Positions 24,190 to 36,500 of a stretch of 64,000 bases of DNA are shown piece after piece. Location of the stretch: assembly GCF_001447785.1 (NCBI RefSeq), contig NW_015172564.1, positions 920,736 to 984,735 of the forward strand. Reading direction: 5' to 3'. The stretch comes from Gekko japonicus. Lineage: Eukaryota. Within the stretch, counting starts at the first letter, position 1. Every line of letters starts with the position of its first letter. Below the pieces are notes generated by a model. That model worked only from the letters and a program-made list of their open reading frames with translations, searched no databases and was not told the DNA's origin. The translations under genes and the position numbers were made by a program.

Positions 24190-25000
24190 CTGCTGTTTTT
24201 TCCATCTGCACCAGGTTAGGTAATTGGCCCCCTTCCTGTCTTGCTTCAGCTAATGGTCACCTCCTGATTAGACTACTGCAACTCGCTCTATGCAGGGCTA
24301 CCCTTGAGACTGACCTGGAAACTGCAACTGGTCCAGAATGCCATGGAGCCTAGTCTCACAGGAACCTCTTTCAGAGCCCACCATTCAATGGGCGCTCCGC
24401 CAGCTGCACTGGCTCTAGATTGAATACTGGATCAGGTTCAAGGTTTTGGTACTAACCTTTAAAGCCCTAAATACCTTTGGTACCGCCTCTCCTGGTAAAA
24501 CCCCCAAAGAGCTCAACACTCAATGGGTAGCAGCCTACTGGTGATCCCTGGCCAGAAAGGTATCCAGCTGTCCTTGACCAGAACCAGGGACTTGCTCAGC
24601 CCTGGCCCCGATCTGGCGGAACGCTCAGCGGAGTGAGATCCGCAGGCCCTGCGGGATTTGACGCGGTTCCACAGGACCTGCAAGGCAGAAATGCTCCGTC
24701 AGTTTAGGGTCGAGGGAGGGACGGTTTCATTCTGGACTGGCATCCTTCCTTTCCCTCCCCCCTCCTGTTCTGTGTCTTTCCCCCTCTTCTGATTCATTGT
24801 AGGATATTTATCCCCCCCCCCATAAGGAGCACCAGGGTGGGCTTCCTGTTTTCATGTGCCATCTTTTAGTTGTGAGTATTATTGCAAGTATTATTTTAAT
24901 AGTTTAATTTTATAGACATTGTTTTACGATTGCTATTGTTACCCACTCTGAACCCTGCTGTACAGGGAAGGGAGGGCTGTAAATCCAATATTTAAGACAA
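24190..25000 (+). mobile_element. L2-like LINE 3' fragment
   Basis: gattagactactgcaactcgctcta (RLDYCNSL-type), ctgcactggct, ttcaaggttttggtactaacctttaaagcc. Confidence 0.8.
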
Positions 25001-25158
25001 TAAGCCTGCAGCACCCATAGCTGGCATCCATGCACGGCACGCTGCCCCTCCCTGCTCATCGTGTTGGTGCAGAATGATCCATTTACTTCATACCAATGCT
25101 CCAAGCCCTGGAGTCTTGTGTGCCAAAATTCTACTTTGTGAGCTCCTGGCACTAAAGT

Positions 25159-25613
25159 TAGAATCATAGAATGTTAGACCTGGAATGGACCTTGCAGGTC
25201 ATCTAGTCCAACCCCCTGCACTCTGCAGGAGCACGGCCGAAAGATAGCCCTGCAACATACCCGAAAGAGGGTCATCCAGCCCCCGTTTGAAAACGTCCAG
25301 CAAAGGAGCCTCCATCACCTCCCGAGGCAGTCCGTCCCACTGCTCAACCACTCTTCCAGTCAGGAGGTTTCTCCTGATATTTAGCCGGTAACAACTCCCT
25401 TGTAATTTCCACCCATTAGATCTAGTCTTGCAATCTGGAGCAAGAGAAAATAGATCCGCTCCCTCTTCTACATGACAGCCCTTCAGATACTTGAAGACTG
25501 CAATCGTGTCCCCTCTAGGCCTTCTCTTTCCCAGGCTAAACAGACCCGACTCTTTCAGCCTTTCCTCATAAGACTTGGATTCCAACCCTCTCACCATCCT
25601 GGTTGCCCTCTTC
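25159..25613 (-). mobile_element. CR1 LINE 3' fragment (ORF2 C-terminus)
   Basis: [46 protein letters not shown]. Confidence 0.9.
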
Positions 25614-26360
25614 TGTTGCAAGCAAGCGATTTGGCTACTGCATAAACTAGTTTGCTCTGGAGCCATCCTTCCTGAGCTTAGAGGGAACACTGCTTCATAC
25701 CCCACCTTTCTACCAGGCCTGGGAAGGGGAGGATCCAGAGCAGCTTTCATCGTTCTTCTCCATTTGGGGGTAGGTAAGGCGGCAAGCCTGTGACTGTCCA
25801 AAATTGGCCCAGCAAGCTGAGCTGAAGATCCCGATCTGAGCTTCATAGTCTTGCACCCCAACCCACACCAAATCGTTCTGGGCCTTCCCCGCAACCGGCA
25901 AGCAGTGCCTCTGTTCTCAGGCAGCCCGGCTCTCCGTGAATCGGCTCCTGGCAGGGTTCTCGCACGGGGACTCTTCTGGCAGCTCCCCTGCCACCCCCCA
26001 CCCAAGTCGGACAAACAAAGGGGGGGTTGGCTTTGCTCTGGCCTGACGGGGCCAGCCCCAGCAGGCCCACAAGTGGGGCTCGGAAGGAGCGGGCCTTTTG
26101 GCGGGGGGTCCTCTGAAGGGCAAGGAAAGATCCCCCTCTGGAGCCAGCCCGTGAGGGGGGGGCAACTGGCCAGGCTTTTGAGGGTGCCCTTTCTGCCCCA
26201 CATTTTCAAGCTGGGGGGCGCCTGGGCCACTCTTTCAGGCGGCTGTGTGTCCTGTCCACGCTGGAGGTCAAAGCCGGCTGGCCAGCAGTGGGAGCAGACC
26301 CACTCAAGAGAAAGGGAGGCACCTGCCTCGGACCAGCCCCCTTTGCAGGCCGGCCACAAG

Positions 26361-26566
26361 CAGTGCTCCCTCTAAGCTGAGTTAGCGAGAGCTAGCTCAC
26401 AGTTTTTTAGCCTCCGGCTGACACATTCTTGTATTAGCTCAGGAAGGAGGGCTCCCGAGCAAACTGATTTATGCAGCAGCCAGATCGCTCGCTCACAACT
26501 TTAAGGCCGGTAGCTCACAAAGCAGAATTTTTGCTCACAAGGCTCCACAGCTGAGAGGGAGCACTG
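26361..26566 (+). mobile_element. Same MITE family
   Basis: Perfect TSD gccacaag. Confidence 0.9.
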
Positions 26567-27159
26567 GCCACAAGGGAACCAGAGAGCCCTGGGACACAGC
26601 AGCCAGGGGAGGGATGGGGGGGGGGGGGTTGGGGTTTTCCCTCTTCCAGTCTGGCCTCAGTCTGGCCTGCCCGTCCCCCCCCACCAGCGCCCTCCCACCA
26701 GCGCCCTCCCACCAGTTGCACCCCCTCCCCAGGCAGGGACGGATTAACCATGAAGCAGACTAAGCACAGTGCTTAGGGCACCAGGGCCAAAGGGGGCACC
26801 ACAAAGTTGGAAAAAGGGTGAAAAGGGAAAAAAAGAATGAAGATTTGTAAAAAAAAAAAAGATTGATAAAACTAGTGCAAATGGATCCTGGTGCACCTTA
26901 GGGCTATCTTCTATTTTTTTGTTGGGGAGGAGGTGCCGTGTGTCAGAGGATGTGTTCAAAAGTAAAAGGATGGAGCCAAATGCAGTTGTCACGACAGTCA
27001 TCTCAATGACCCTCTCTGCCCCTTTTTAATTCCAGCCCCATGTAAACGTCAAAAATGAAGCCTGTTCAGTTGAGTGGTGCGCAGAAGGGGGGGGGGCAGT
27101 GCTTAGGCAACCACCAGTGAGCCCCTCCCCACAGCCCTCCTGCCAGGTAGGCCGGCCCC

Positions 27160-27362
27160 AGCGTCTCGCCCGGCCTTTGGGGGGGAGGGGGCGGGGCGGA
27201 GCCGGAATGACCTCCCCCTCCCTCCCCCCTCCCTCCCGGCCACAGACACACACATACACACACAAAGAGAGAGTTCATTATAAGAAGGTTCTTGCAGTTT
27301 TGCAGAGCAGTCTCATGCAGATTTCCACAATTACCTCTCCTCCCTCCCACCCCCCCGGCGCC
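27160..27362 (+). promoter_or_regulatory. TFIP11: TFIP11 promoter / CpG-rich 5' region
   Basis: Tandem GC boxes ggggcggggcgg and ETS-like CCGGAA at ~27188-27208, upstream of the CpG-rich first coding exon. Confidence 0.5.
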
Positions 27363-27586
27363 ATGTCGCTCTCCCACCTGTACGGCGGCGACGCGGCGTC
27401 GGCTGCTGCAGCGGGCGCGGACGACGACGACGTGGAGATGGAGCGCTTCGAGATCACGGACTGGGACCTGGAGAACGAGTTCAACCCCAACCGGCAGCGC
27501 CACTGGCAGACCAAGGAGGAGGCCGTCTACGGCGTCTGGGCCGAGCGGGACTCCGACGACGAGCGGCCCAGCTTCGGCGGGAAACG
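27363..27586 (+). CDS. TFIP11: TFIP11 coding exon 1
   Basis: gccATG TCG...FGGKR; donor CG|gtgcgg. Confidence 0.94.
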
Positions 27587-30500
27587 GTGCGGGGGCCGGG
27601 CCGGCCGGCGGGCGGGGGGATGCGGAAAGCAAAACCGGGACCCCGTCCGAGGGAGCGGGACCCAGACCCTCCGCCTGCACGAGGGAGCCACTCTTAGAAT
27701 CACAGAAGGTTAAGAGCTGGAAGGGACCGCGGAGGTCATCTAGTCCAGCCCCCTGCACGCTGCACGAGCATGGCCGAAAGAGAGCCCTGCATTAGCTGAA
27801 AGATGGTCCTCCAGCCTCCGCTTGGAAACATCCAGCGAAGGAGCATCCACCACCTCCCGAGGCAGACTGTTCCACCGCTCAGCCACTCTTAGAATCACAG
27901 AATGTTAGAGCTGGAAAGGATCTTGCAGGTCATCTAGTCCAGCCCCCTGCACTCTGCAGGAGCATAGCTGAAGGATAGCCCTACAACATTAGCTGAATGG
28001 TCCTCTAGCCTCCATTTGGAAACGTCCAGCGAAGGAGCACCCACCACCTCCCGAGGCAGTCTGTTCCACCACTCAACCTCTCTTAGAATCACAGAATGTT
28101 AGAGCTGAAAGGTACCTTGCAGGTCATCTAGTCCAGCCCCCTGCACTCTGCAGATGCACAGCCAAAAGATAGCCCTACAACATTAGCTGAATGGTCCTCC
28201 AGCCTCCATTTGGAAATGTCCAGCGAAGGAGCACCCACCACCTCCCAAGGCAGTCTGTTCCACCACTCAACCACTGTTAGAATCATAGAAAGTGTTGGAA
28301 GGGATCTTGCAGGTAATCTAGACCAACCCCCTGCACTCTGCAGGCGCATAGCCGAAAGAGGGCCCTACAATATTAGCCAAAAGATGGTCGTCCAGCCTCC
28401 ACTTGAAAACGTCCAGCGAAGGAGCCTCCACCACCTCCCGAGGCAGTCTGTCCCACTGGTCAACCACCCTTCCAGTTAGGAAGTTTCTCCTGATATTTAG
28501 CCGGTATCGGCTCACTTGTCATTTTCCACCCATTAGATCTAGCAGCTGCCCCTCCGAGCTTGGAAGTCAAGTGGGGTTGGGCCCGGTTAGTACTTAGGAG
28601 GGGGAGGGGGACAGACCCCCAAGGAAATCTGGGGTTGCCACACGGAGGCAGGCAGTGGAAAGCACCTCGGAACCTCCCTTGCCTTGTAAACCCCACGCAC
28701 GGGTTAGCAGAAGCCAGCTGCGGGTGGGAGACATGCTTGAGGTCTAGGAAGATGTGCCTGGTGTGGAGAGAGTTGACTAGAACCCCTCGAAGTCATTCAC
28801 TGAAGCTGAAGGGTGGGAGATTCAGGACAGACAGAAGGTGTGGAGAGAGTTGACCCCAAACCCCAAAGAGTTTGTTGATTTATGGTTAACTTGTGGAACT
28901 CGCTGCCACAGGATGTGGTCAAGGCTGCCAATCTGGAAGGCTTTAAAAAGGGAGTGGACAAATTCACAGAGGACGGGGTTATCAGTGGCTGCTAGTCCTG
29001 ATGGACATCTACTCCCTCCGGTACCAGAGGTGGTCTGCCTCTTTGTATCAGTTGCTGGGGAGCACGGGCAGGATGAGGCTGTTGCAGTTGTGCTTTTTAT
29101 GTGTCACCTAGAGGTAGCTGGTTGAGACAGAATGCTGGACCTGATGGACCTTTGGTCTGATCCAGCAGGCTGTTCTTATGCTCTCTGAACTTGGAATGCT
29201 GATGCAGCAGCTGGCCTGGACACCTGCCGGCCAGGTTTAGTTCAGGAAGCAGATTTCACCGGTCGGCTGCTTCTGAAGGATGTCTTTTTTAAAATGGCTC
29301 TAGGTCTAAAGATTATTCAGCCCCCGTGAACTTCATCAGTGCTGGGCTGAAGAAAACGGCAGCGGATGAGGTGGTCGATGAGGATTCTGACGAGGATGAG
29401 AAGCCTCCGAAGCCAGAGGAAGCCCCCAAAGAGTTTGTGCCAAAGAAGTTAAAAACAGTGAGTCACTCTCACCACACATTATTTGTACGTTCTCAGGGTC
29501 CCTGGAACCTGCTTAAGGACATTGCAGAGCACTAATGATAACTGGCAAAACAAAGCAGCCCTGCTGTGTCAGGTCAGGGCTTCGTCTGGTCCTCCCGTCT
29601 CCCCCCAGTAGATAGCGAGAGGCTGCTGGAGAGGCCACAGCAGAGGCTGAAAGAGGAACCATGTTGTCTCCCCCGGTCCCGGACGACTGACATTCAGAGG
29701 GACTCTCTTTTAAGTCACCCACAAATGTGGGCACTACCCTGCTCACCCCCAGATCCAAATCATTTATAAACAAATTAAAGAACACTTGTCCTAATGCTGA
29801 TCTTTGTGGGACCCCACTGCTTACTTCCCCTTCATTGTGAGAACTGTCCACTTATTCCTATTCTCTGCTTCCCTGTCATTTAACCAGTTTTTAAACTTGT
29901 ATGAGGACCGTCCTCTTCTCCCGTCACTTCTAAGCTCTCTTGGGACGCTTTGTATGAATGCAGTATGCATCTTATTCCACATGGTACCAAACCATAAACT
30001 TATACAAGGGTGTTATAGTACTGGCCGTCTCATTTCAGTCCTGTAAGTCTTGCTTAATTTTCATTGCTGGCACACACTGAGTCACCATTTTCTTGAAATT
30101 GCACCCCAAGGATCTCTTTTCTGGTCCATCTGTTAGTCTAGGTGTGCGTGTGAAGAAGGGGTCAGGTTGTTCTAAAATGCATCAGTTTAGCCTTGCTAAC
30201 ACTGGCTCTTCTTTGCCATTTTTATTTTTAACAGGGTGGCAATTTCAAGCCCAGCCAGAAAAGTTTTGTAGGGGGAACCAAGTCCTTCATGGACTTTGGC
30301 AGCTGGGAGAGGCACACCAAGGGGATTGGGCAGAAGCTTCTTCAGAAGATGGGCTACGTGCCTGGCAGAGGTCTCGGCAAGAATGCTCAAGGTATGGCAG
30401 AAATCTCCCTTCCTGGCTGTGTGGGTTTTCTGGAGAGGACCGATGGAGCAGAGAAAGCTGGTCTGTGCCTTCAGGCAGCATTGCACAGCCTTTCAGATGG

Positions 30501-33500
30501 GCACCAAGTCACAGAGCTGGCATTTGTAAAGGTTCTCACTTTCTTGGGGAGAAGCTGCATCTGTCCTGAGAGACCGTCTGTGATTCACCCGGGATGAACA
30601 GCATTTGTCTGTGGGTGAGCAAGCAGGAAGCGTCACTTCCCGAGTCTTCCTGGGCTTAGCTGCTTGGTCAGCTCGGGGAGATGCCGCTCTTTTTGGAGGG
30701 AGTGGGACCCTGCACTGGAGCTCCTCCACCCCGTCTGGGGCCTTTGGAGACTGGAGAGGGGTACTTCATCGGTGCTGCTGTGGGGCTTTCTTCCCCCTTT
30801 CTCCAGGCAGCTTATGTCACCCCAGTGTTTGCATAGAACATTCCTCAGTTGACGGCTCTGCCCTTCCCCAGGTATCATCGCCCCTATTGAGGCCAAGCAG
30901 AGGAAAGGCAAAGGGGCCGTGGGGGCCTACGGCTCGGAGCGGACGTCCCAGTCCTTGCAAGACTTCCCTGCGGTGGACTCGGAGGAAGAAGCGGAAGAGG
31001 TAGGGCGTCTCTCCCCGCCCCCGCTTTCGCCTGTATTCGGTTGGGGCAGTTCGTGGCTACTTTCCCTTTCAAGTTGCCATTCGTGAAAGTGGTTCTCAGC
31101 GGCTGCATCAGAGACTTCCTCTCAGGCCGCGTGTCAGAGAGGCGGGTGTGTTTGGGTGCCTTTGCAAAGGCAGTCAGAGACATCCCCAGAATCCGAACCC
31201 GTGAGCTGGACACTAACCCAGTTGTAGCAGGGAAGGTGGGAGTCCAGCAGGAGTGAGACTGTTGCCTTTTACTTTCCGATACCCTGCCCGGAACACACAG
31301 TAATGCGGTCCATAGTAAGAAGAAATTAAGAGATCTTGTGAAAAATGGCAAGGAAGTTACCAGTGTGGTGTCGTGGTTAAGTGCCCGGACTCTAATCTGG
31401 GAGAACCAGGTTTGATTCTCCACTTGCACCTGCTGGATGACCTTGGGCAAGCCGTAGTTCTGTCAGAGTTGTCCTTGAAAAAGAGCCGTTTCTGTCAAGA
31501 GCTCTCTAAGCCCCACCTGCCTCACAGGGTGTCTGTTGTGGGGAGGAGAGGGGAAAGGAGTTTGTAAGCCGCTCTAAGACTCCTCTGGGTAGTGGGTATA
31601 AATCCAATCTCCTCCTCCTCCTCATAAAGGAAAAACGAACTGCCACCAAGAAGAGCACATTCTTGCAGTGGGGGTTAATTAGGGATGAGTTGTCCGTACC
31701 CACCGGGAATGGCGGCTAGACATCAGAGGAATGGTCTGTAAGAGCCCGTTCTGTCTGGTGCGTGACTGGAGCCAGGAGGGTCTCACCCACAGCCCTCGGG
31801 CGCCCCGTGGGCACCACCACCTGGGACTGGTGCTGTCGATCGCCAGTGAGATACTTCTGCTGCGGCCTGGCCCATTCCTGACTTTATGGACTAGATGCTT
31901 TTGATCTGTTGAGGTGGGGGCTGAGTGATTAGCAATCAACTGGATCTGACGAAATCAGCTTTTCCAGCAGCATCCTCTGGCACCTGCTGCTTTGGAGGAC
32001 CGTACCGCATCACTCTCACTGAACTCTACAAAAATAACAAAACAGCCCTCTTGGAAAGCAGTCCGCAATGAGCTCCGTGGAACGGAATGGGCCGTACTCC
32101 AGCTCCCAGCAAATTGCAGCCTGTCTGTGGAAGACCTGCCTCCATCTTGGGCTTTGCTTCCCTCCTAGGAGTTCCAGAAGGACCTCAGCCAGTGGCGGAA
32201 GGACCCAAGCGGGGGCAAGAAAAAACCAAAGTATGCCTACAAGACAGTGGAGGAGCTAAAGGCCAAGGGCCGGGCGGGTAAGCAGCTCTCGGCCCCTCAG
32301 AAGGAGCTGGCACAAGTCAAGGTGAGGCCAGGACAGGGCTCTTCAGGCGTATTCCCAGAGTCCTTCCTCCTGGAGTCGGGGGGGGGGGCGGGCTAGCACG
32401 GGCCGCTCAGTTCTCGTTCCTCTGCTGTGCCCGACCAGAGACGGCTCTGTGTCCTGGGAGAAAAGGGGTTGGTTTTCTTGTGTGGGACCGTGAAACTTCC
32501 CTGTGGCCAGATACGTCGTGCAAGAGGCCTACGGGTGGAAGAGAGCCCTCAGTGCGGGGTCCCGGGACTGAAAGAAGAGAAGCTGCGGCAGTGCTTGCCT
32601 CTGGGCGGGTGCAGTGGCTGGGAGGCAAAGCAATTTCAGTCGAGAGAGGAGAGATAAAGTCTCACCAGCCTCCACGCAGCCTTCTCTCTTGCAGCACACA
32701 CACAAAACAAACTTCTGGTCCGCTGTCAGATTTTGTCTCAGCAGAACAAACAGAACTTTTGTAGCAGTTGATAATCCAGTTTGAATCCTGCCAGTGACAC
32801 CTTTAACCGGCCCGTTTTGCACCTGGGATCCGCACGCCTTGAGCGACTGACCCTTGGCTTTGTCTTGGCAGGTGATCGACATGACCGGCCGGGAGCAGAA
32901 GGTCTATTACAGCTACAGCCAGATCAGCCAGAAGCACAACATCCCGGACGACACCCCCCAGCAGCCCCTGCCCCTGGGCAAGGACGCCAAGCCCCAGGCC
33001 TTCGCCCTGCCCGAGCTGGAGCACAACCTGCAGCTCCTGATCGACCTCACGGAGCAGGAGATCATCCAGAACGACCGGCAGCTGCAGTATGAGCGGGACA
33101 TGGTGGTCAACCTGACCCACGAGATCGAGAAGATGGACGAGGTCCTCGCCCACGAGGAGGTGGAGGTCCGCAACCTCAGCAAGGTCCTGGAGATGGTGGA
33201 GGAGTGCGAGAGGCGGATGCAGCCCGGCTGCGACAACCCCCTGACCCTCGCCGAGTGCGCCAAGGTCTTCGAGACTCTCCAGGATAAGTATTACGAGGAG
33301 TACCGGATGTCCGACCGCGTGGATCTGGCGGCAGCCATCGTCTTCCCGCTGGTGAAAGACTACTTCAAGAGCTGGGACCCCCTGAAGGTGGGTGGCTGGC
33401 AGGCTCGGCCTCCTGGGAAAACAGGTGGTGGGTTGGGAGAAGAGTCGGGTGGGGCGGAGTCAAAAAGAGGCTGGCGGGAGGGTGGCAGCGGCACAGACCC

Positions 33501-36500
33501 CCCCCCCCCCCCCCCGGGCGGGGGGGGAATTCTGCCTCCCGACCCCAGATGTGGGGAATGCACGGAGTGTTTTTCTGTCTGAGAGGCACCCAAGGCCCTG
33601 TCCCCACATGGAAAGTGTTAAAGGAAGCTTTAAAATAAGCGCAGCAGGGCAGTAAAAATACACAGTTGGTCTGAGTGTTGGGGAGTGGGCCTCCCTCCCG
33701 CTCCCTCCTCCTTTACTCTCTGTGCCCTCGTGGGCCTCTTTCCTCTCCAGGACTGCATGTACGGCACAGACATCCTGGGCCAGTGGAAGAGCTTGCTGGA
33801 AAATGACCACTTGTTGTCCCATGGCGGGCAGGACCTGTCCTCGGATGCTTTTCACCGGTAGGTGGGCTGCCCGTGCTTGAGCAAGTCTGAGCGTTTCCCC
33901 CGCCCCCAAGCTGTGGGAGCCCCCTTGGCTGCTCTGGCTGTCACCTCCCCGAGTCTGGCTGCCAGACCCCCCAACCCAAACAACAAAGCAGAAAGCTGTA
34001 AAGAAGCGCTACACATTCCAAGTGAAACAACGTAATTGTAACAATAGTTATAGCATTCATAGAGTTACAAATAAAGTGCAAAAGGGGTCTATGGTACAAT
34101 CGTGATGGTTGTTGACGAAGTTTTCCAGAATAGTTATTTGTTTCGTGAAGAGGTCGTCCGAACGAGGACCATAAATTACAAAAGTGTGTCTTCTAACTTT
34201 TATCCATCATTGAATACAAGTGTAAGAAATCACATTTTCATCAGGAATTATTCTATACGCAGCAAGTTACACTTGCATTCAATGATGGAGAAAAGATAGA
34301 AGACACACTTTTGTAATTTATGTTCCTCGTTCGGATGACGTCTTCACGAAACAAATAAATATTCTGGAAAACTTTGTCAACAACCATCACGATTATACTA
34401 CGGACCCCTTTTGCACTTTATTTGTAACTCTATGAATGCTATAACTATTGTTACAATTACATTGCTTCACTTGGAATGTGTAGCGCTTCTTTACAGCTTT
34501 CTGCTTTGTTGTTTGGGTTATTCGGAGCTGAGACACCCAACCCAGCATGGCCCCTGGGGCAGGGTACACCGTCACCTCCCCTGCCTGACAGGGTCAGAAT
34601 CTGGCCCTCTGACCTGGCGAGGAGATGGGGAAAGGGGGTCTTGGTGAAGAGCCAAGAAGAAAGCAGTTGCGAAAGCCCCTGCTTGGTTAGAGTTCTCTTG
34701 CGTGGCCCTGGCCCCACGCTGCAGCACTCACTGTGAGGTTTCCTTTTGCTCAGGCTGATGTGGGAGACGTGGATGCCGTATGTCCGGAACATCGTAGGAC
34801 AGTGGCAGCCCCGGAACTGCGTCCCGATGGTGGACTTCCTGGACAGCTGGGGGCACATCATCCCCCTCTGGATCCTGGACAACATCCTCGACCAGCTGAT
34901 TTTCCCCAAGTTGCAGAAGGAGGTAGAAAGGGGCCTCAGTTCACGCTGCGCCAGGTTGCTCTCTGCTGGGGAAGGCTCATGGGGTGCCGGGGGGGGGGGG
35001 GGGGGGGTGAATCTGGCCTGTTACTCTCCGCGATGCCTGACCCGCTGCTCAGTGTAGACGAAAGGGTTGTGGCCACGCTTCTGGAAGCTCCCCCCCCCCC
35101 CCAAGTTCTTCAGGACTTCCGCAAGGTGGAGAACTGGAACCCTCTCACGGACACGGTTCCCATCCACTCGTGGATCCACCCCTGGCTGCCCCTCATGCAT
35201 GCCCGCCTCGAGCCGCTCTACTCGCCCATCCGCAACAAGCTGGCCAGCGCCCTCCAGAAGTGGCACCCCAGCGACTCCTCCGCCAAGCTGATCCTCCAGC
35301 CCTGGAAGGAGGTCTTCACCCCGGGGTCCTGGGAGGCTTTCATGATCAAGAACATCGTGCCGAAGCTGGGTAAGGGGGCGGGCCTCTGGCCTGCGTCTGG
35401 AGCGGGGGGGGGGGATTTGTGTGTGTGCCCTCGTGCCCCCCCGGGGGGGGGAGCCTGAAAGACTAGAAAGGCCTTAGGGAATGCCTCCTGCCTGCCCACT
35501 ACGGGAGTCCAGCTGGGGGCTTGCAATAAGTGAGCCACTCCCCATTTGCCGATCTACTCATTTGGAAGGAAGGGAGGCCTCCGTGCCTGGGAGCCGTTGC
35601 TGAGCTGTCGTCCCCGCCCTCTTGGCAACTTGCCTGGGACCGGTCTGACCCGGGCTGGGCCACCTCTGGCACTTCTGCCTCCTTTCTCTCTCTCCGTCTC
35701 AGTTGCTGGCGGGGGAGGGGGGAGGGCAGCACGGAAAGACTTGGGTTGCTGCCTTGGGATCGGCGCTTGGTTCCTTAGGAGGAAACGCTTGCCCAGAACA
35801 CTGGGTCGGAAGGGGGTGGGGGAACTGTGTCCATGAGGAGGAGGTGGGAACTAAAGATTCACTTGGTGTTGTGGTTAAGTGCGCGGACTCTAATCTGGGA
35901 GGACCAGCCTTGATTCCCCCACTCCTCCTCCCCTTGCACCTGCGGGATGACCTTGGGCAAGGCGTAGTTCTGATAAGAGCTGTCCTTGAAAAAGAGCAGT
36001 TTCTGTCATAGCTCTCTCAGCCCCACCTGCCTCACAGGGTGCCTGTTGTGGGGAGGGGAAGGGAAAGGGGACGGTAAGCCGCTCTGAGACTTCGAGTGAA
36101 GGGCGGTCAGCGTAAATCCAATCTCTTCTTCTTCTCCTTGCCTGCCTCTGCTGTGCTTTCTGAGTCCTTGGCAGAGAGAGCCAGCAGTCCTGTGAAAAGG
36201 AGGCTGGGAAAACCAGCAGAGCCTTCCCATGATGCCTAGCACCATGCGCTCTCTCCCACACTCGCCTGCAGGAAATTCTTGGAGGCACAGAACATAGGGG
36301 GGGGGGGGCTTGGTGCTTTGCTGTGGAGGCGGCTTCAGGTGTCTTCCTTCCTTCCTCCCGCAGGTCTGTGCCTGAACGAGCTGCTCATCAACCCTCACCA
36401 GCAGCACATGGATGCCTTTTTCTGGGTGCTGGACTGGGAAGGCATGATCTCTGCCTCCAGCCTGGTGGGGCTGCTGGAGAAGCACTTCTTTCCCAAGTGG

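Noticed and set aside
25199-26359. 386-aa minus-strand ORF
   Set aside because: Chance fusion of GC-rich sequence, a MITE piece and the CR1 ORF2 C-terminus.
27099-27362. N-terminal extension of TFIP11 from the in-frame ATG at 27315
   Set aside because: Poor Kozak context (ctcATGc), no homology, and it overlaps a possible acceptor; the ATG at 27363 gives the conserved MSLSHLY.
33497-33530. Many G/C homopolymer runs as candidate G-quadruplexes
   Set aside because: Ubiquitous across the window, lengths unreliable in a draft assembly, and no specific pattern.
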